64,000 bases of DNA, from assembly GCA_022571415.1 (NCBI GenBank), contig JACZXW010000003.1:834-64833 (forward strand). Direction: 5' to 3'. A model generated the notes under the pieces. That model had not been told where the DNA came from, ran no database searches, and worked only from the letters and a program-made list of their open reading frames with translations. This stretch comes from Pseudomonadota bacterium. GTDB lineage: Bacteria; Pseudomonadota; Gammaproteobacteria; Pseudomonadales; Azotimanducaceae. Positions 45,267 through 55,485 of the stretch are shown one piece after another. The first letter of the stretch is position 1. Every line of letters starts with the position of its first letter. Both the position numbers and the translations under genes were made by a program.

Positions 45267-45341
45267 CCTTGAGCGGCTTTGATAAACAGCCCTGAGCGGT
45301 TCTCTACAAACAGCCCTGAAAAATTTTAACCTAGGTGGCCC

Positions 45342-46496
45342 ATGTCAGATATATTTCCTTTTAAAATTGAAACGCCAGACTCCGTCATTGAAGATTTGAA
45401 AACGCGCCTTAACCTGACTCGCTGGCCCGACGAGGAAACACCCGATGACTGGAGTCAGGGGATCCCTCTCAATTACATGAAAGAGATCCAGCAGTACTGG
45501 CTAAATGATTACGACTGGAAATCTCGCGAACGACTGCTAAATCAATGGGACAGCTTCAAAACTGAAATCGATGGACTGGGAATACATTTCATCCACGTTA
45601 AATCCCCGGTTGAGAGCGCGAGGCCGCTGGTCATGACACATGGATGGCCTGGTTCTATCGTGGAATTTCAAAAAGTGATTGGCCCACTGACTGATCCACA
45701 AGCCCACGGCGGTGCCGCCAGTGATGCTTTTCACCTGGTGTGTCCAACACTGCCCGGCTTTGGTTATTCCGATAAACCTGTAGAACCGGGTTGGAACATC
45801 GAGAAAATAGCGACAGCATGGAACACTTTGATGGTGAAACTGGGTTACGACGCTTACTACGCCCAGGGTGGTGACTGGGGCTCTGTCGTCACCGCTGCGA
45901 TCGCGGTACAGAACCTCGGAAATTGCCAGGGAATCCACATGAACATGCCCATCGCACCCCCGGATCCCGATACTATGGATGACCTGACTGAACAGGAGCA
46001 GGATGCGCTGGCCGCAGGGAAGTTTTACCAGGACCATGATTCGGGTTATTCCAAACAGCAGAGTACCCGACCCCAGACCCTCGGTTACGGTCTGGCCGAC
46101 TCCCCCATCGGCCAGGCGGCCTGGATCATTGAAAAATTCTACCAGTGGATGGACTGTGATGGTCATCCGGAAAACATTGTCTCCCGGGATGAACTTCTCG
46201 ATAACGTCATGATGTACTGGCTCCCGGGCGCAGGCGCCTCTTCTGCACGAATCTACTGGGAAAGTTTCGGCAGCAGTTCACTGGGCGGCGAACCCATAAC
46301 CCTGCCCGTTGGCTGCAGCATATTCCCGAAAGAAATATTCAAGACCTCGGAACGCTGGGCAAGGAAACGTTTCACTAACCTTGTTCACTTCGACGTGTTG
46401 GATAAAGGTGGGCATTTTGCAGCATTCGAACAGCCAGAGACTTTTGTAGAACAGCTTCGAACCTGCTTTCGCAAGATGGATGACGCCGCGGATTAA
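45342..46496 (+). CDS. epoxide hydrolase (alpha/beta hydrolase with EHN N-terminal domain)
   Basis: The N-terminus FKIETPDSVIEDLKTRLNLTRWPDE and the HGWPGS oxyanion motif. Confidence 0.85.
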   Translation: MSDIFPFKIETPDSVIEDLKTRLNLTRWPDEETPDDWSQGIPLNYMKEIQQYWLNDYDWKSRERLLNQWDSFKTEIDGLGIHFIHVKSPVESARPLVMTHGWPGSIVEFQKVIGPLTDPQAHGGAASDAFHLVCPTLPGFGYSDKPVEPGWNIEKIATAWNTLMVKLGYDAYYAQGGDWGSVVTAAIAVQNLGNCQGIHMNMPIAPPDPDTMDDLTEQEQDALAAGKFYQDHDSGYSKQQSTRPQTLGYGLADSPIGQAAWIIEKFYQWMDCDGHPENIVSRDELLDNVMMYWLPGAGASSARIYWESFGSSSLGGEPITLPVGCSIFPKEIFKTSERWARKRFTNLVHFDVLDKGGHFAAFEQPETFVEQLRTCFRKMDDAAD

Positions 46497-47212
46497 AAAG
46501 GCACGCCAACCGCCTTGCACAAGAACTCCATGTAGGGCGTTGCTTTTTTCAGCTCCCTGACAAGCTTCTTCGCAAACCCGGCATCAGAAATATCATCAAG
46601 TGAGATCTGCATCACAGCTATGTGGTCCTTTCTCTTCAGGTCTTCCATGTGCGGGGCACCCGGATCAAATCCTCTCGGGGGTCGCTTTAATGACGTACCC
46701 TGTAGCTCAAAGGTCGTTTTAAATCTTCTGTTGGATACGATCGCCTTCCATTCATCAGGCTTTTCCACAATACGTTCCCTGATGGCTCGAAGGGTTTCAG
46801 ATTCAGGTCGCCACATGCCAACACCAACAAACACATTGTCGGGTTCGATATGCATGTAGTATCCAGGCGCGTGCACATCCTTGCCTGCTTCATGTCGAAA
46901 CTGGATACCAATGTTTGTTTTGTAAGGCGTCTTATCCTTGCCAAAACGCGTATCCCTATATACACGCATCAGCGAACCGCCCTGCTTCTTGGGGACGGCT
47001 TCAAAGTGTGAGCTTAGCGAATCAAGTTCGTTACCCATTGAGGAAATGAACTGAAACGCCGGATCCACCACGCAACGCTCATAGCGTAATTTGTTTTCCG
47101 CAAACCAATCGCGATTGTTGTTTTCAGCCAACTGCTTCAAAAAATTGATGGTATCCGAACCAAACCCACTAAACTGCCTGCTACTCATAACTATCGCTCC
47201 GTTACGCCTCAT
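46493..47212 (-). CDS. DUF2461 (TIGR02453) family protein
   Basis: FLKQLAENNNRDWFAENKLRYE is a typical family N-terminus. Confidence 0.75.
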   Translation of the reverse strand: MRRNGAIVMSSRQFSGFGSDTINFLKQLAENNNRDWFAENKLRYERCVVDPAFQFISSMGNELDSLSSHFEAVPKKQGGSLMRVYRDTRFGKDKTPYKTNIGIQFRHEAGKDVHAPGYYMHIEPDNVFVGVGMWRPESETLRAIRERIVEKPDEWKAIVSNRRFKTTFELQGTSLKRPPRGFDPGAPHMEDLKRKDHIAVMQISLDDISDAGFAKKLVRELKKATPYMEFLCKAVGVPF

Positions 47213-47317
47213 CCGAAAACAGGCCAGTGAAGTACCTATTCACAAGCTGTAGAATAATGATGTTATTGCAGAATAAACACCATCAGTATCTCTACAGTCC
47301 TCTATGGAGACAATGCG

Positions 47318-47992
47318 ATGTTTGACGAGCTTGCCGCAGCTAAAGTCGCCCAGTACAAGGGTCTTTTCGAAATCCCGCTTATTATTGCCGACGTACCTGA
47401 TATTGCTGAACTAACGGGTCAACTGAGGGTGATCATAGAGGAACGCCGTAACAATCATGAAAACAATACCCGATCTAGCCTCGGAGGATGGCAATCCGAC
47501 ACTAATATGCTGCAATGGGGCGGCGAACCTGCCCAGCAGCTAGGTGTACTCATGGTACAAATGTGTAATCAGTTTACCCATGACATCGGCCAAACCAACC
47601 CTGACAGACCTCGATTCGAATGGTCTGCCGAGATGTGGGCAAACATCTGTCCTCCAGGGATAGGTCACGAATCTCACACACACCCTGGTGCAATGTGGTC
47701 TGCCGTTTTCTATGTAGATGACGGATTGGCCGAAAACGAGAGCGAATCCAACTCAGGTTGTCTGGTCGTCCAGGATCCCAGAAACCCGACGCCTCTGATG
47801 TACAAACCAGATCTAAGGTACAAAGACGCAGACGGGACTGTTTATCGTTCCGACCATCGTTTTTCACCAAAGGTAGGACAAATTATCGCTTTCCCTTCCT
47901 GGGTCGCTCATTGGGTCACGCCACATTCCGGACAACGTGAAAGGATATCAATCGCCTTGAACACACTTGCCCTGCCTGCTCGAAACTCATGA
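47318..47992 (+). CDS. TIGR02466-like putative 2OG-Fe(II) oxygenase family protein
   Basis: GHESHTHPGAMWSAVFYV has the same HxH...S.V.Y pattern as the 4159 gene, but this gene has typical local base composition. Confidence 0.55.
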   Translation: MFDELAAAKVAQYKGLFEIPLIIADVPDIAELTGQLRVIIEERRNNHENNTRSSLGGWQSDTNMLQWGGEPAQQLGVLMVQMCNQFTHDIGQTNPDRPRFEWSAEMWANICPPGIGHESHTHPGAMWSAVFYVDDGLAENESESNSGCLVVQDPRNPTPLMYKPDLRYKDADGTVYRSDHRFSPKVGQIIAFPSWVAHWVTPHSGQRERISIALNTLALPARNS

Positions 47993-48010
47993 ATCTGGAA
48001 TATTCACGCC

Positions 48011-48286
48011 TTAAGGTAATCGGTCAACCCGGGGAAGGTCTGTACGGAGTTCGCGCCAGTTGCGCACACTCTCACAGAATATCTGTGTTGTCGGCTTGAT
48101 ATCCAGATCTGTATCCAGACTTCCTGCGGCGACTCTAAATCCGGGACTGTCGTCCCTCATCCATTGCAGGCTGCTTGCGCAAACCTTACAAAGCTTCGGC
48201 TGAGCTTGTCCGAGGAAAGGCAAGAGCCATATAGCATTTCCATGATAAGTTCCTTTCAACTGTGACATCGGCAACCGGGTTTCCAA
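48011..48286 (-). pseudogene. GFA (glutathione-dependent formaldehyde-activating/CENP-V) family C-terminal fragment
   Basis: LCKVCASSLQW...VAAGSLDTDLDIKPTTQIFCESVRNW matches the C-terminal GFA pattern (FC..CGS.L ... G.LD...P..HIF). The N-terminal ~45 aa with the first Zn site are absent, and a TGA lies 7 codons upstream in frame. Confidence 0.4.
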
Positions 48287-48591
48287 TCCCCGATTTGTCT
48301 CCAGTCATTCCTGATAGCGTGTTCCGCTCACAAACCATGGAGGATAATTTCTAAGGCCGTGCTTTCCCGCTGTTCCATGGTCAAAATATACCCTTTACAA
48401 TGACCCAATATACGATACACTGCGAGCGCTGGTAAAGATTACAGCGGCTATTTATGTCCGTGCAATGTCGATACTTCATCGTGTTTGTTCGTAACTAATT
48501 CCTGCATCTTTCAGCATTATATGATTTGGCACTACCTAATTTAGTGCAGTGTCGATGATTACTTTTATAGTTTCTCAGGAGAGATGATTAT

Positions 48592-48798
48592 ATGGCTACC
48601 GAAACTGGACGAGTGAAATGGTTTGATGACAAAAAAGGATTTGGTTTTATTGAGCGTAAAGAAGGGAAAGATGTTTTTGTCCACTTTAGGGCAATTAATA
48701 CCCCGGGCTTCAAAACACTTAGCGATGGTCAGGAAGTGGAATTTGAAGTTGAGCAAGGAGACAAGGGTTTACAGGCTGTAAACGTAACGATTGTCTAA
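48592..48798 (+). CDS. cold-shock protein (CspA family)
   Basis: [27 protein letters not shown] contains the RNP1 and RNP2 motifs. 68 aa, preceded by a ~300-nt untranslated upstream region. Confidence 0.95.
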   Translation: MATETGRVKWFDDKKGFGFIERKEGKDVFVHFRAINTPGFKTLSDGQEVEFEVEQGDKGLQAVNVTIV

Positions 48799-48841
48799 CT
48801 GCGTTACGACACCCTGGTCGCTTTTCACAGGGAACATTCAA

Positions 48842-48875
48842 CACCCCGTGCTTTTGGCATGGGGTGACTTTCATT
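48842..48875 (+). terminator. putative rho-independent terminator of the csp gene
   Basis: CACCCCGTGC-TTTTG-GCATGGGGTG (10-bp stem with one G.U pair) followed by ACTTTCATT. Confidence 0.55.
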
Positions 48876-48982
48876 GCTCTTGCTGAAATTCCATAACCCG
48901 AGCGCCTTCAGACCTGAAGGAATCCCCATAAGTTTTTTAAACCTGTCTAAGCGGTTTCAGTAATTCCCGTCATATTGCATCA

Positions 48983-49288
48983 CTACGCTCTTTCTATGCA
49001 GTGGATGGGTTCATAATGTTCGACTTGCGGAAACGGGTCATAGAAATGATGTAACAGCTGTTTCCATTCAAGATACTCGGATGAACGCCTGAAGCCTTCC
49101 GTGTGATCTTCCAGTGTGTCCCAGTTTACAAGTAACAGGTACCGACTGCTGTTTTCCAGACATCTCTTTAGCTCGTGACCCACATATCCTTTCATGGATG
49201 AAATGATCTTCTCAGCCTGAAGGAATGCCTGTTCGAACTCGGCCTCCTTGCTGGGTACTACATCGAGAATAGCGACTTCAAGAATCAT
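48983..49288 (-). CDS. antibiotic biosynthesis monooxygenase (ABM) domain protein
   Basis: 101 aa. MILEVAILDVVPSKEAEFEQAF...LLLVNWDTLEDH shows the ferredoxin-like ABM pattern. Confidence 0.7.
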   Translation of the reverse strand: MILEVAILDVVPSKEAEFEQAFLQAEKIISSMKGYVGHELKRCLENSSRYLLLVNWDTLEDHTEGFRRSSEYLEWKQLLHHFYDPFPQVEHYEPIHCIERA

Positions 49289-49362
49289 GCTTCAACTCCT
49301 TCTTTCTTTTATTTTCTGCTGACTGTGTAAACCCCGTGGTTTTCACTCCACCGGCCAGCTCG

Positions 49363-50031
49363 TTATTTACGATTTGTGGCCACGTTGATGAAATCATGCA
49401 GCTTCACTAGATCAAGTTTTCCCTCCCGTCGTACGCCAGAGCAGAGGTCAACACCAAAAGGTCTAACAATTCTTACCGCTTCCGCGACATTCGCCGTATT
49501 CAAGCCTCCCGCCAGTATCAATGGCAGGTCCACCGCATCATTGATACGTCTGCTCAGTTGCCAGTCATGTATGCGCCCGGTACCACCAAGCTCTTTGATG
49601 TCGAGATTCTGATTACCGGAATCCAAAAGCAGGGCATCGACGAGATGGGAAACTGACAGGGCTTCTTCAATGGATTCGACACCGTTAACGTGTATAACCT
49701 GTACGAGCTTGATCCCTGTCAGTTGCGCGCGCAGCTTGTGAAGCTCTGCATGATCGAGACGATCTACCAACTGGATCGTCGATGTTCGGCAGGTTCGGTG
49801 CTGATCGGCAATAGCGTCCGCATCTTGAAGCGATGTCAGTAGGAAAGTCGCGACGGGTGGTGGAATGCTCGCAGCAATTTCAGATATCAGTTGATCATCA
49901 ATCACACCCGGGCCGCTCGGCATGGAGGAAACGAGGCCTATTGCGGAAGCACCCGCGGATACCGCCATGGCAGCTTCACCCAAAGTCGCTATACAACATA
50001 TTTTTACGAACGGTATCCGAGGAAGCGGCAC
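49363..50031 (-). CDS. trpF: phosphoribosylanthranilate isomerase
   Basis: VKICCI..., GGTGRIHDW, LAGGLNTANVAEAV and GVDLCSGVR are PRAI motifs. The start is uncertain: a GTG at 50031 is proposed, while the ORF track extends to 50079. Confidence 0.75.
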   Translation of the reverse strand: MPLPRIPFVKICCIATLGEAAMAVSAGASAIGLVSSMPSGPGVIDDQLISEIAASIPPPVATFLLTSLQDADAIADQHRTCRTSTIQLVDRLDHAELHKLRAQLTGIKLVQVIHVNGVESIEEALSVSHLVDALLLDSGNQNLDIKELGGTGRIHDWQLSRRINDAVDLPLILAGGLNTANVAEAVRIVRPFGVDLCSGVRREGKLDLVKLHDFINVATNRK

Positions 50032-50114
50032 AATGATAAAGCTATAAATACAGCAGGAAAGCTGGCATCGTAGCAGCACTGACTCTGAGCAAGCAACAAA
50101 ATTAAGGAATCTTT

Positions 50115-50978
50115 ATGAAACTTGGTGTTGTATTCCCACAAACTGAAATCGGAGACGATCCGGATCGTGTCGCTGTATTCGCCACCACTGCGGAATCGTT
50201 AGGTTATGACCATATCATCGCCTATGATCATGTGTTGGGAGCAAGCACTAAAAATCGTCCGGACTGGCAAGGACCTTATACAGACAAAAGCATGTTTCAT
50301 GAAGTCTTCGTCTTGTATGGATATCTGGCTGGTCTGACCGAAACCCTGGAACTGGTCACCGCTGTGGTTATTCTGCCGCAAAGGCAGACCGCTCTGGTCG
50401 CGAAACAGGCTGCCAGTCTCGATGTTATCAGCAAAGGAAGGTTCAGATTAGGCATCGGCACAGGCTGGAACCCGGTTGAGTACGAGGCGCTCAACGAAGA
50501 CTTCACTAACCGGGGACGCCGCTCGGAAGAACAGATCGATGTGTTGCGGAAACTGTTTGCCGAAGATGTCATCAGTTACGACGGTCAATGGCACAAGATC
50601 ACCGAAGCCGGTTTGAATCCTTTGCCCGTCAACAAGCATATCCCCATATGGCTCGGTGGAATGGCTCCACAGGTGTTGAATCGTGTGGCGCGACTTGCCG
50701 ACGGCTGGTTTCCGTTTTTTAATCCGGAACTCGAAAACCAACTGGAAAGTATTCGCGAAATGGCGAAGGAAAACGATCGAGACCCCGCCGACATTGGCTT
50801 CGAGGTGATGGTGGGTCTCGGCAACGCTGATGAAAAACAACTGGACCAACTGAAAAAACTGCAGGATATGGGCGTCACCCACGCTGCAGTCGTAACCATG
50901 AACGTCGGTTTGTCAGCAGATGAGCATATTGACGCGATCAAACGCTTCTGGGATGCCGCCCATAGTATTACTGCCTAA
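50115..50978 (+). CDS. LLM-class F420/flavin-dependent oxidoreductase
   Basis: MKLGVVFPQTEIGDDP...GYDHIIAYDHVLG and RFRLGIGTGW are typical of the family. Confidence 0.8.
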   Translation: MKLGVVFPQTEIGDDPDRVAVFATTAESLGYDHIIAYDHVLGASTKNRPDWQGPYTDKSMFHEVFVLYGYLAGLTETLELVTAVVILPQRQTALVAKQAASLDVISKGRFRLGIGTGWNPVEYEALNEDFTNRGRRSEEQIDVLRKLFAEDVISYDGQWHKITEAGLNPLPVNKHIPIWLGGMAPQVLNRVARLADGWFPFFNPELENQLESIREMAKENDRDPADIGFEVMVGLGNADEKQLDQLKKLQDMGVTHAAVVTMNVGLSADEHIDAIKRFWDAAHSITA

Positions 50979-50995
50979 CCCCCCGGTATTTCGGA

Positions 50996-51448
50996 TTAGC
51001 GACGGTTGGCAATGACTTCCTTGATAAATTGTGTGTGGCTGCTGACGAACAAATCAGATACCACACGATTTTCAATGCGCTTTTCTTTACTTATCAGGTA
51101 GGTGGCTCGACGAACGCCAAAACCCAACGGTCCATCTACGCCAAAGGCCCTGATAACCTTCTTGTTTTTATCAAACAATAGGGGAAACGGAATATTGAAC
51201 TTCGCCTTGAATCGCCGGTGACTAGGTTCACTCTGGGGGCTGATGCCCACGACCTTGATGCCTACACCAACAATATCCTCGTGCATATCGCGAATGCTGC
51301 ACGCTTCCGCTGTGCACAGTGGTGTAAAGTCCGCGGGATAGAAATACAGAATCAAGGACTCGCCTGCCAGCAGGTCATCAAGGGTGGTCTGCTCACCGTT
51401 TTCATCCGTGAGCTCAAAATCAGGTGCTGTATCTCCGATGTCTAGCAT
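50996..51448 (-). CDS. bcp: peroxiredoxin (Bcp-type thiol peroxidase)
   Basis: FYPADFTPLCTAEAC (PxxxTxxC motif). 150 aa. Confidence 0.9.
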   Translation of the reverse strand: MLDIGDTAPDFELTDENGEQTTLDDLLAGESLILYFYPADFTPLCTAEACSIRDMHEDIVGVGIKVVGISPQSEPSHRRFKAKFNIPFPLLFDKNKKVIRAFGVDGPLGFGVRRATYLISKEKRIENRVVSDLFVSSHTQFIKEVIANRR

Positions 51449-51454
51449 TGAATA

Positions 51455-52318
51455 TTACCGAAAGGTAAACCTGCCCTGGTCAATGACGACATCACCGTCC
51501 TGGTTGGTGGTGCGAAACAGCGCGGTGTTACCATCCACCCACATCGATATGGTGAGAGCATCTCCAGGCATCACAGGTTTTGAAAAACGCGCATTCATCG
51601 ATTTAAACCTGCTGGCATCGCCAGAACAAAGGCACTGCAACAGCGCTCGACCAGTGAAACCATAGGAACAAAGCCCGTGCAGAATGGGTCGGTCAAATCC
51701 ACCCATAGCAGCGAAGGAAGGATCCGAATGTAACGGATTACGGTCGCCACTCAATCGATAGGTCAACGCCTGGTCTTTGCGGGTTTTGTAAGTTACCGCG
51801 TGATCCGGATCGCTGTCGGGGAACTCAATTTTATCTGATGGTCCGCGATCACCACCAAACCCCCCTTCACCACGGCAAAACAGTGTCATGGTTGTTCGTA
51901 GTAAAACTTCCCCGGTTTTTACGTTTTTTGACTCCGAGGCAAATGCGAGAACAGCCGCCGACCCCTTGTCGTAGATACCCGTAATCTCTCCCACACTCTC
52001 GATTTCTCCATCGGGCGGAATTTCCCCCAACAGTTCAATACCCTGTTCTCCGTGAACCATTAATGCCGGATTAAAAGAACCCGCAGCCGCCATCGGCACT
52101 CCACCACCGCCGACTATGACAGCGAAAGTTGGCAACACTTTTTGCGGCAGGTCTTTTGTGTTCTCAGTTGTATACTGTAACTCATCTGTTCCTGCACCCA
52201 CGCCAACCGCATATAGTAAAGCATCTTTTGATGACCAGCTTCGCCGTGTGGGCTCGCCTTTGGTGCCTACGGCATCCGGATTTATGGGCATGGTTATCTC
52301 CTTAACATCAGCTAGCAC
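51455..52318 (-). CDS. MaoC-like (double hot-dog) dehydratase
   Basis: 287 aa. YRLSGDRNPLHSDPSFA is the MaoC hydratase motif. Confidence 0.8.
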   Translation of the reverse strand: MLADVKEITMPINPDAVGTKGEPTRRSWSSKDALLYAVGVGAGTDELQYTTENTKDLPQKVLPTFAVIVGGGGVPMAAAGSFNPALMVHGEQGIELLGEIPPDGEIESVGEITGIYDKGSAAVLAFASESKNVKTGEVLLRTTMTLFCRGEGGFGGDRGPSDKIEFPDSDPDHAVTYKTRKDQALTYRLSGDRNPLHSDPSFAAMGGFDRPILHGLCSYGFTGRALLQCLCSGDASRFKSMNARFSKPVMPGDALTISMWVDGNTALFRTTNQDGDVVIDQGRFTFR

Positions 52319-52448
52319 TAATGGTCAGGAGTATAGCACTCAGAAAAATATGCTGGAAAATCGGCACCTGCAGTGGGTCTCAAATGCGCCTGCTGCGGTT
52401 CTCAGTAAAGATGAAAAAAATGCGGGCCATGGAGGCCCGCACAAGAGG

Positions 52449-52787
52449 CTATCGAACAGTTAGATTACCGGCTCTACTAATGGATTTTTCAGAGTCAATG
52501 TCAATACTGCTCACGACACGGCCAAATCGTTCGGTAACACAGGTACCGGTCACTATTGTTCGACTGCCGTCGTCAGCCCAGGCTGACCCCTTGACATAAA
52601 ATGTCTTACTGCTCCCTCGATCTGCCACTTCAAAATTGTGTTTAAGCACAAGGCCTGATTCACCCAGCAGATCCATGAATTCGCTTTCGCAGTTCAAAAA
52701 ACCACGATTGTCGGTTAATGTTGAAGCTGAAGCGGTAAACGCAAACCCCATGCCAAGCGCCACCAGTAGTCCTGTCCGTAGTTTCAT
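52449..52787 (-). CDS. small secreted hypothetical protein
   Basis: A start at MKLRTGLLVALGMGFAFTASAS gives a signal peptide. The ORF-track extension to 53138 lies in a repeat-containing intergenic region and is probably not translated. Confidence 0.4.
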   Translation of the reverse strand: MKLRTGLLVALGMGFAFTASASTLTDNRGFLNCESEFMDLLGESGLVLKHNFEVADRGSSKTFYVKGSAWADDGSRTIVTGTCVTERFGRVVSSIDIDSEKSISRAGNLTVR

Positions 52788-52939
52788 ATTTTCCCCGTTG
52801 TTTAAATAAGTCTTAAAAAGTAAATCTGGCTCGCTGGTGATTACACCGACAAACAGTTTCCATATCGGGCAGTGTGTCGTCCTTGCTGATCTCTTCCATC
52901 TTCGTTCCTTTACTCTGCCTTGATTCGCAGATTTGCCGC

Positions 52940-53010
52940 TTTTCCTGCCGAAACCCTGAATTTTCCCTGCTTTTCCTCTGCCATCACCGCAGGCAAGGGT
53001 ATTTTCCTGA
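52940..53010. promoter_or_regulatory. four phased direct repeats TTTTCC(C)T(C)TGC in a divergent promoter region
   Basis: Copies start at 52940, 52961, 52971 and 53002, giving spacings of 21, 10 and 31 nt. They sit upstream of the winged-helix regulator gene at 53081. Confidence 0.35.
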
Positions 53011-53080
53011 TCAAAAACGTTGAGGCCAGGGAAAGCCCTAGGTAAGATTATTTCTAAGCCACTTCTACTCTGAAAATACC

Positions 53081-53878
53081 ATGCTGTTAGTAGGTGATTG
53101 GACGGTCCATGAAAAATTTGACCGTCTGACGCGAGCAAATGAGGATCTGCATATCACGCCCCGTGCGATGGACGTGTTGCTGCATCTTGCCAAACACCAG
53201 GGCAAACTAGTCACCAAGGAAGAATTACTGGATACATTCTGGCGCGGCTCTGTTTCCAGTGACAATGCGGTGCACAAGACCATGGCGGAATTGCGAAGAG
53301 TCTTCGGCGACAGCTCAAAGGATCCGCAATACATCCAGACCTACCCGAAACGTGGTTATCGATTGATCGCCGAGGTGATGCAGAAGGAACCGCTGGAAAC
53401 CAGCTCAGCAGCAGCTGTCGCTAACACTACGCCAATCACTGTCGCTGTTTTGCCTTTCCTCAATCTTATCGACAGTGACGAAAACCTGAATTTTGGTGAT
53501 GGTTTATCTGAAGATATTACCAACTACTTTGGTCGTTCAAGGCAGCTATCCACTGTCTCGCACACATCATCATTCCGGTTTCGGGGAGAATCTTTTGATC
53601 CAATTGAAATCGGCAGGCAACTCAATGCAACTCACCTGATAGAGGGTTCTGTCAGAAGTCAGAACGGGATGATCCGGATAACGGTGCAGCTCATTAACGC
53701 TGTAAGTGGTAAACAGGATTGGGCCATGCGCTATGATCGATACCTGGAAGACAGTCTCGCTATACAGGATGAGCTGGCTGTCACGATCGTTACATCAATC
53801 CATGAGTTTTTTGGACTGGGTACAAGAAATAGCTTTGAACCGACCATGGATCAAAGTTATCTGAAAGAACTTTTTTGA
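53081..53878 (+). CDS. OmpR/CadC-type winged-helix DNA-binding protein with TolB-N-like C-terminal domain
   Basis: [32 protein letters not shown]...[14 protein letters not shown] is a trans_reg_C domain. It is followed by [17 protein letters not shown]...GDGLSEDI. Confidence 0.75.
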   Translation: MLLVGDWTVHEKFDRLTRANEDLHITPRAMDVLLHLAKHQGKLVTKEELLDTFWRGSVSSDNAVHKTMAELRRVFGDSSKDPQYIQTYPKRGYRLIAEVMQKEPLETSSAAAVANTTPITVAVLPFLNLIDSDENLNFGDGLSEDITNYFGRSRQLSTVSHTSSFRFRGESFDPIEIGRQLNATHLIEGSVRSQNGMIRITVQLINAVSGKQDWAMRYDRYLEDSLAIQDELAVTIVTSIHEFFGLGTRNSFEPTMDQSYLKELF

Positions 53879-54861
53879 GCTTGAAAGCAGCTAATAATCT
53901 AGTGGTTTGTGCGCTATATCATTTTGTGCACCTGCCCGACTTCAAAAAGTTACAAGCACCCTTAAAAAAGCTAATGGCAGAAAACACCGTGCGCGGGACC
54001 CTGTTGCTGGCACCTGAGGGAATCAATGGCACGATCGCTGGTAGCCGTGACGGAGTCGATTCAATTCTAAAATGGCTGGATGGCGACGAACGATTTTCCG
54101 AACTTCGTCGGAAGGAATCCTTTACTGACGAGATGCCTTTCAATCGGGCTAAGGTCAAACTAAAAAGAGAAATCGTGACCATGGGCGTGGAAGATATTGA
54201 TCCAAACGATATCACCGGCACTTACGTTAAGCCTGAAGACTGGAATGAATTGATTTCAGACCCCGAGGTCACCCTGATCGACACCCGTAATGAGTACGAA
54301 GTAGGGATTGGTACATTCAAGAACGCGATCAATCCGCACACCACGTCGTTCCGCGAATTCCCTGATTACGCAAAGACACACCTCAACCCGGAAAAAAACA
54401 AGAAAGTTGCCATGTTCTGTACCGGTGGAATCCGCTGTGAAAAATCCACAGCCTATCTGAAGTCGCTGGGCTTCGACCAGGTATATCATCTGCAAGGCGG
54501 TATCCTTAGATACCTCGAAGAGATCGAAGAGGAAGCTTCTCTCTGGGAGGGGGAATGTTTCGTATTCGATGATCGAGTCACGGTGGATCAACAACTGGAG
54601 AAAGGTCAGTACGATCAATGCCATGCCTGCCGCATGCCGATTTCAGAACAGGATAAAAGAAGTAACGCCTACGTACAGGGATTAAGTTGTCCGCATTGTA
54701 TTGACAAACAGACAGATACCCAGCGGATGAGATTCAGAGAACGGGAAAAACAAGTGCAACTGGCAAAGCAAAGAGGCGAATCACATATCGGCGCTGGCGC
54801 TGTCGCTGCCCAGGAAAAAAATACACTGGCTAAGAAAGCGCTCAAAAACAGGACCAGATAA
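53875..54861 (+). CDS. trhO: rhodanese-domain tRNA uridine(34) hydroxylase (UPF0176/YceA family)
   Basis: [14 protein letters not shown] and the rhodanese active-site loop CTGGIRCEK. The TTG start overlaps the upstream TGA. Confidence 0.8.
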   Translation: MSLKAANNLVVCALYHFVHLPDFKKLQAPLKKLMAENTVRGTLLLAPEGINGTIAGSRDGVDSILKWLDGDERFSELRRKESFTDEMPFNRAKVKLKREIVTMGVEDIDPNDITGTYVKPEDWNELISDPEVTLIDTRNEYEVGIGTFKNAINPHTTSFREFPDYAKTHLNPEKNKKVAMFCTGGIRCEKSTAYLKSLGFDQVYHLQGGILRYLEEIEEEASLWEGECFVFDDRVTVDQQLEKGQYDQCHACRMPISEQDKRSNAYVQGLSCPHCIDKQTDTQRMRFREREKQVQLAKQRGESHIGAGAVAAQEKNTLAKKALKNRTR

Positions 54862-54874
54862 AGATAATCGCGTA

Positions 54875-55483
54875 CTAGGCAGTTGCTGTTTGATAGCCCG
54901 ATCTTGCTTTGAGCTTCTCAAAATAGACCTGCACCCGTGGGTATCGGTCATCGAGAACCTCCACTCTCGCAGCGAGCAAAAGCGAATATCCCATCATGAT
55001 GTCTGCCGCGGTAAATTCAGCCAGCAGATAGTCCTGACCTTGCAGCGCCGAATTAACCGCTTCAAGACAAACCCGTGCTCGCTTTTCGCCGTCGACCACC
55101 ATCTCCGGCAGCCTTTCCGCTTCCGCCTTCAGGTACCGGTGATGCATTATGTCTCCCAACGGTCTGGCTAGTGTCGCTTCCGCAAACCAGCACCATTGCA
55201 GATAAAGAGCACTGTCAGCAGTGCCAGGTTCCGGCTGCAGTCGCCCCTGCCCGTATTTTTCCAGGATATACTGAACCATCGCACCGGATTCAAACATGGT
55301 CATGTCACCATCAGTCATGGCAGGTACTTTTCCGGTGGGGCTCATGGCTCGCCATTCATCGCCGTTTCGATAGTCCGCCGAAAAGTCGATCGGTACGACC
55401 TCACAAGGCACTCCCAATTCCTCGCATAACCAGATCACACGAACCGAACGCGTTCCTTTGACATGAAATATTCGGATGGCCAC
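54875..55483 (-). CDS. glutathione S-transferase
   Basis: Thioredoxin-like N-terminal domain (RSVRVIWLCEELGVPCEVVPIDF ... GKVPAMTDGDMTMFESGAMVQYI) followed by a helical C-terminal domain. Confidence 0.85.
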   Translation of the reverse strand: MAIRIFHVKGTRSVRVIWLCEELGVPCEVVPIDFSADYRNGDEWRAMSPTGKVPAMTDGDMTMFESGAMVQYILEKYGQGRLQPEPGTADSALYLQWCWFAEATLARPLGDIMHHRYLKAEAERLPEMVVDGEKRARVCLEAVNSALQGQDYLLAEFTAADIMMGYSLLLAARVEVLDDRYPRVQVYFEKLKARSGYQTATA

Positions 55484-55485
55484 GA

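Noticed and set aside
52788-53138. The N-terminal ~117 aa of the 229-aa minus-strand ORF 52449..53138.
   Set aside because: An internal Met followed by a textbook signal peptide (MKLRTGLLVALGMGFAFTASAS) is a much better start. The extension runs through the repeat-containing promoter region and overlaps the start of the divergent regulator gene.
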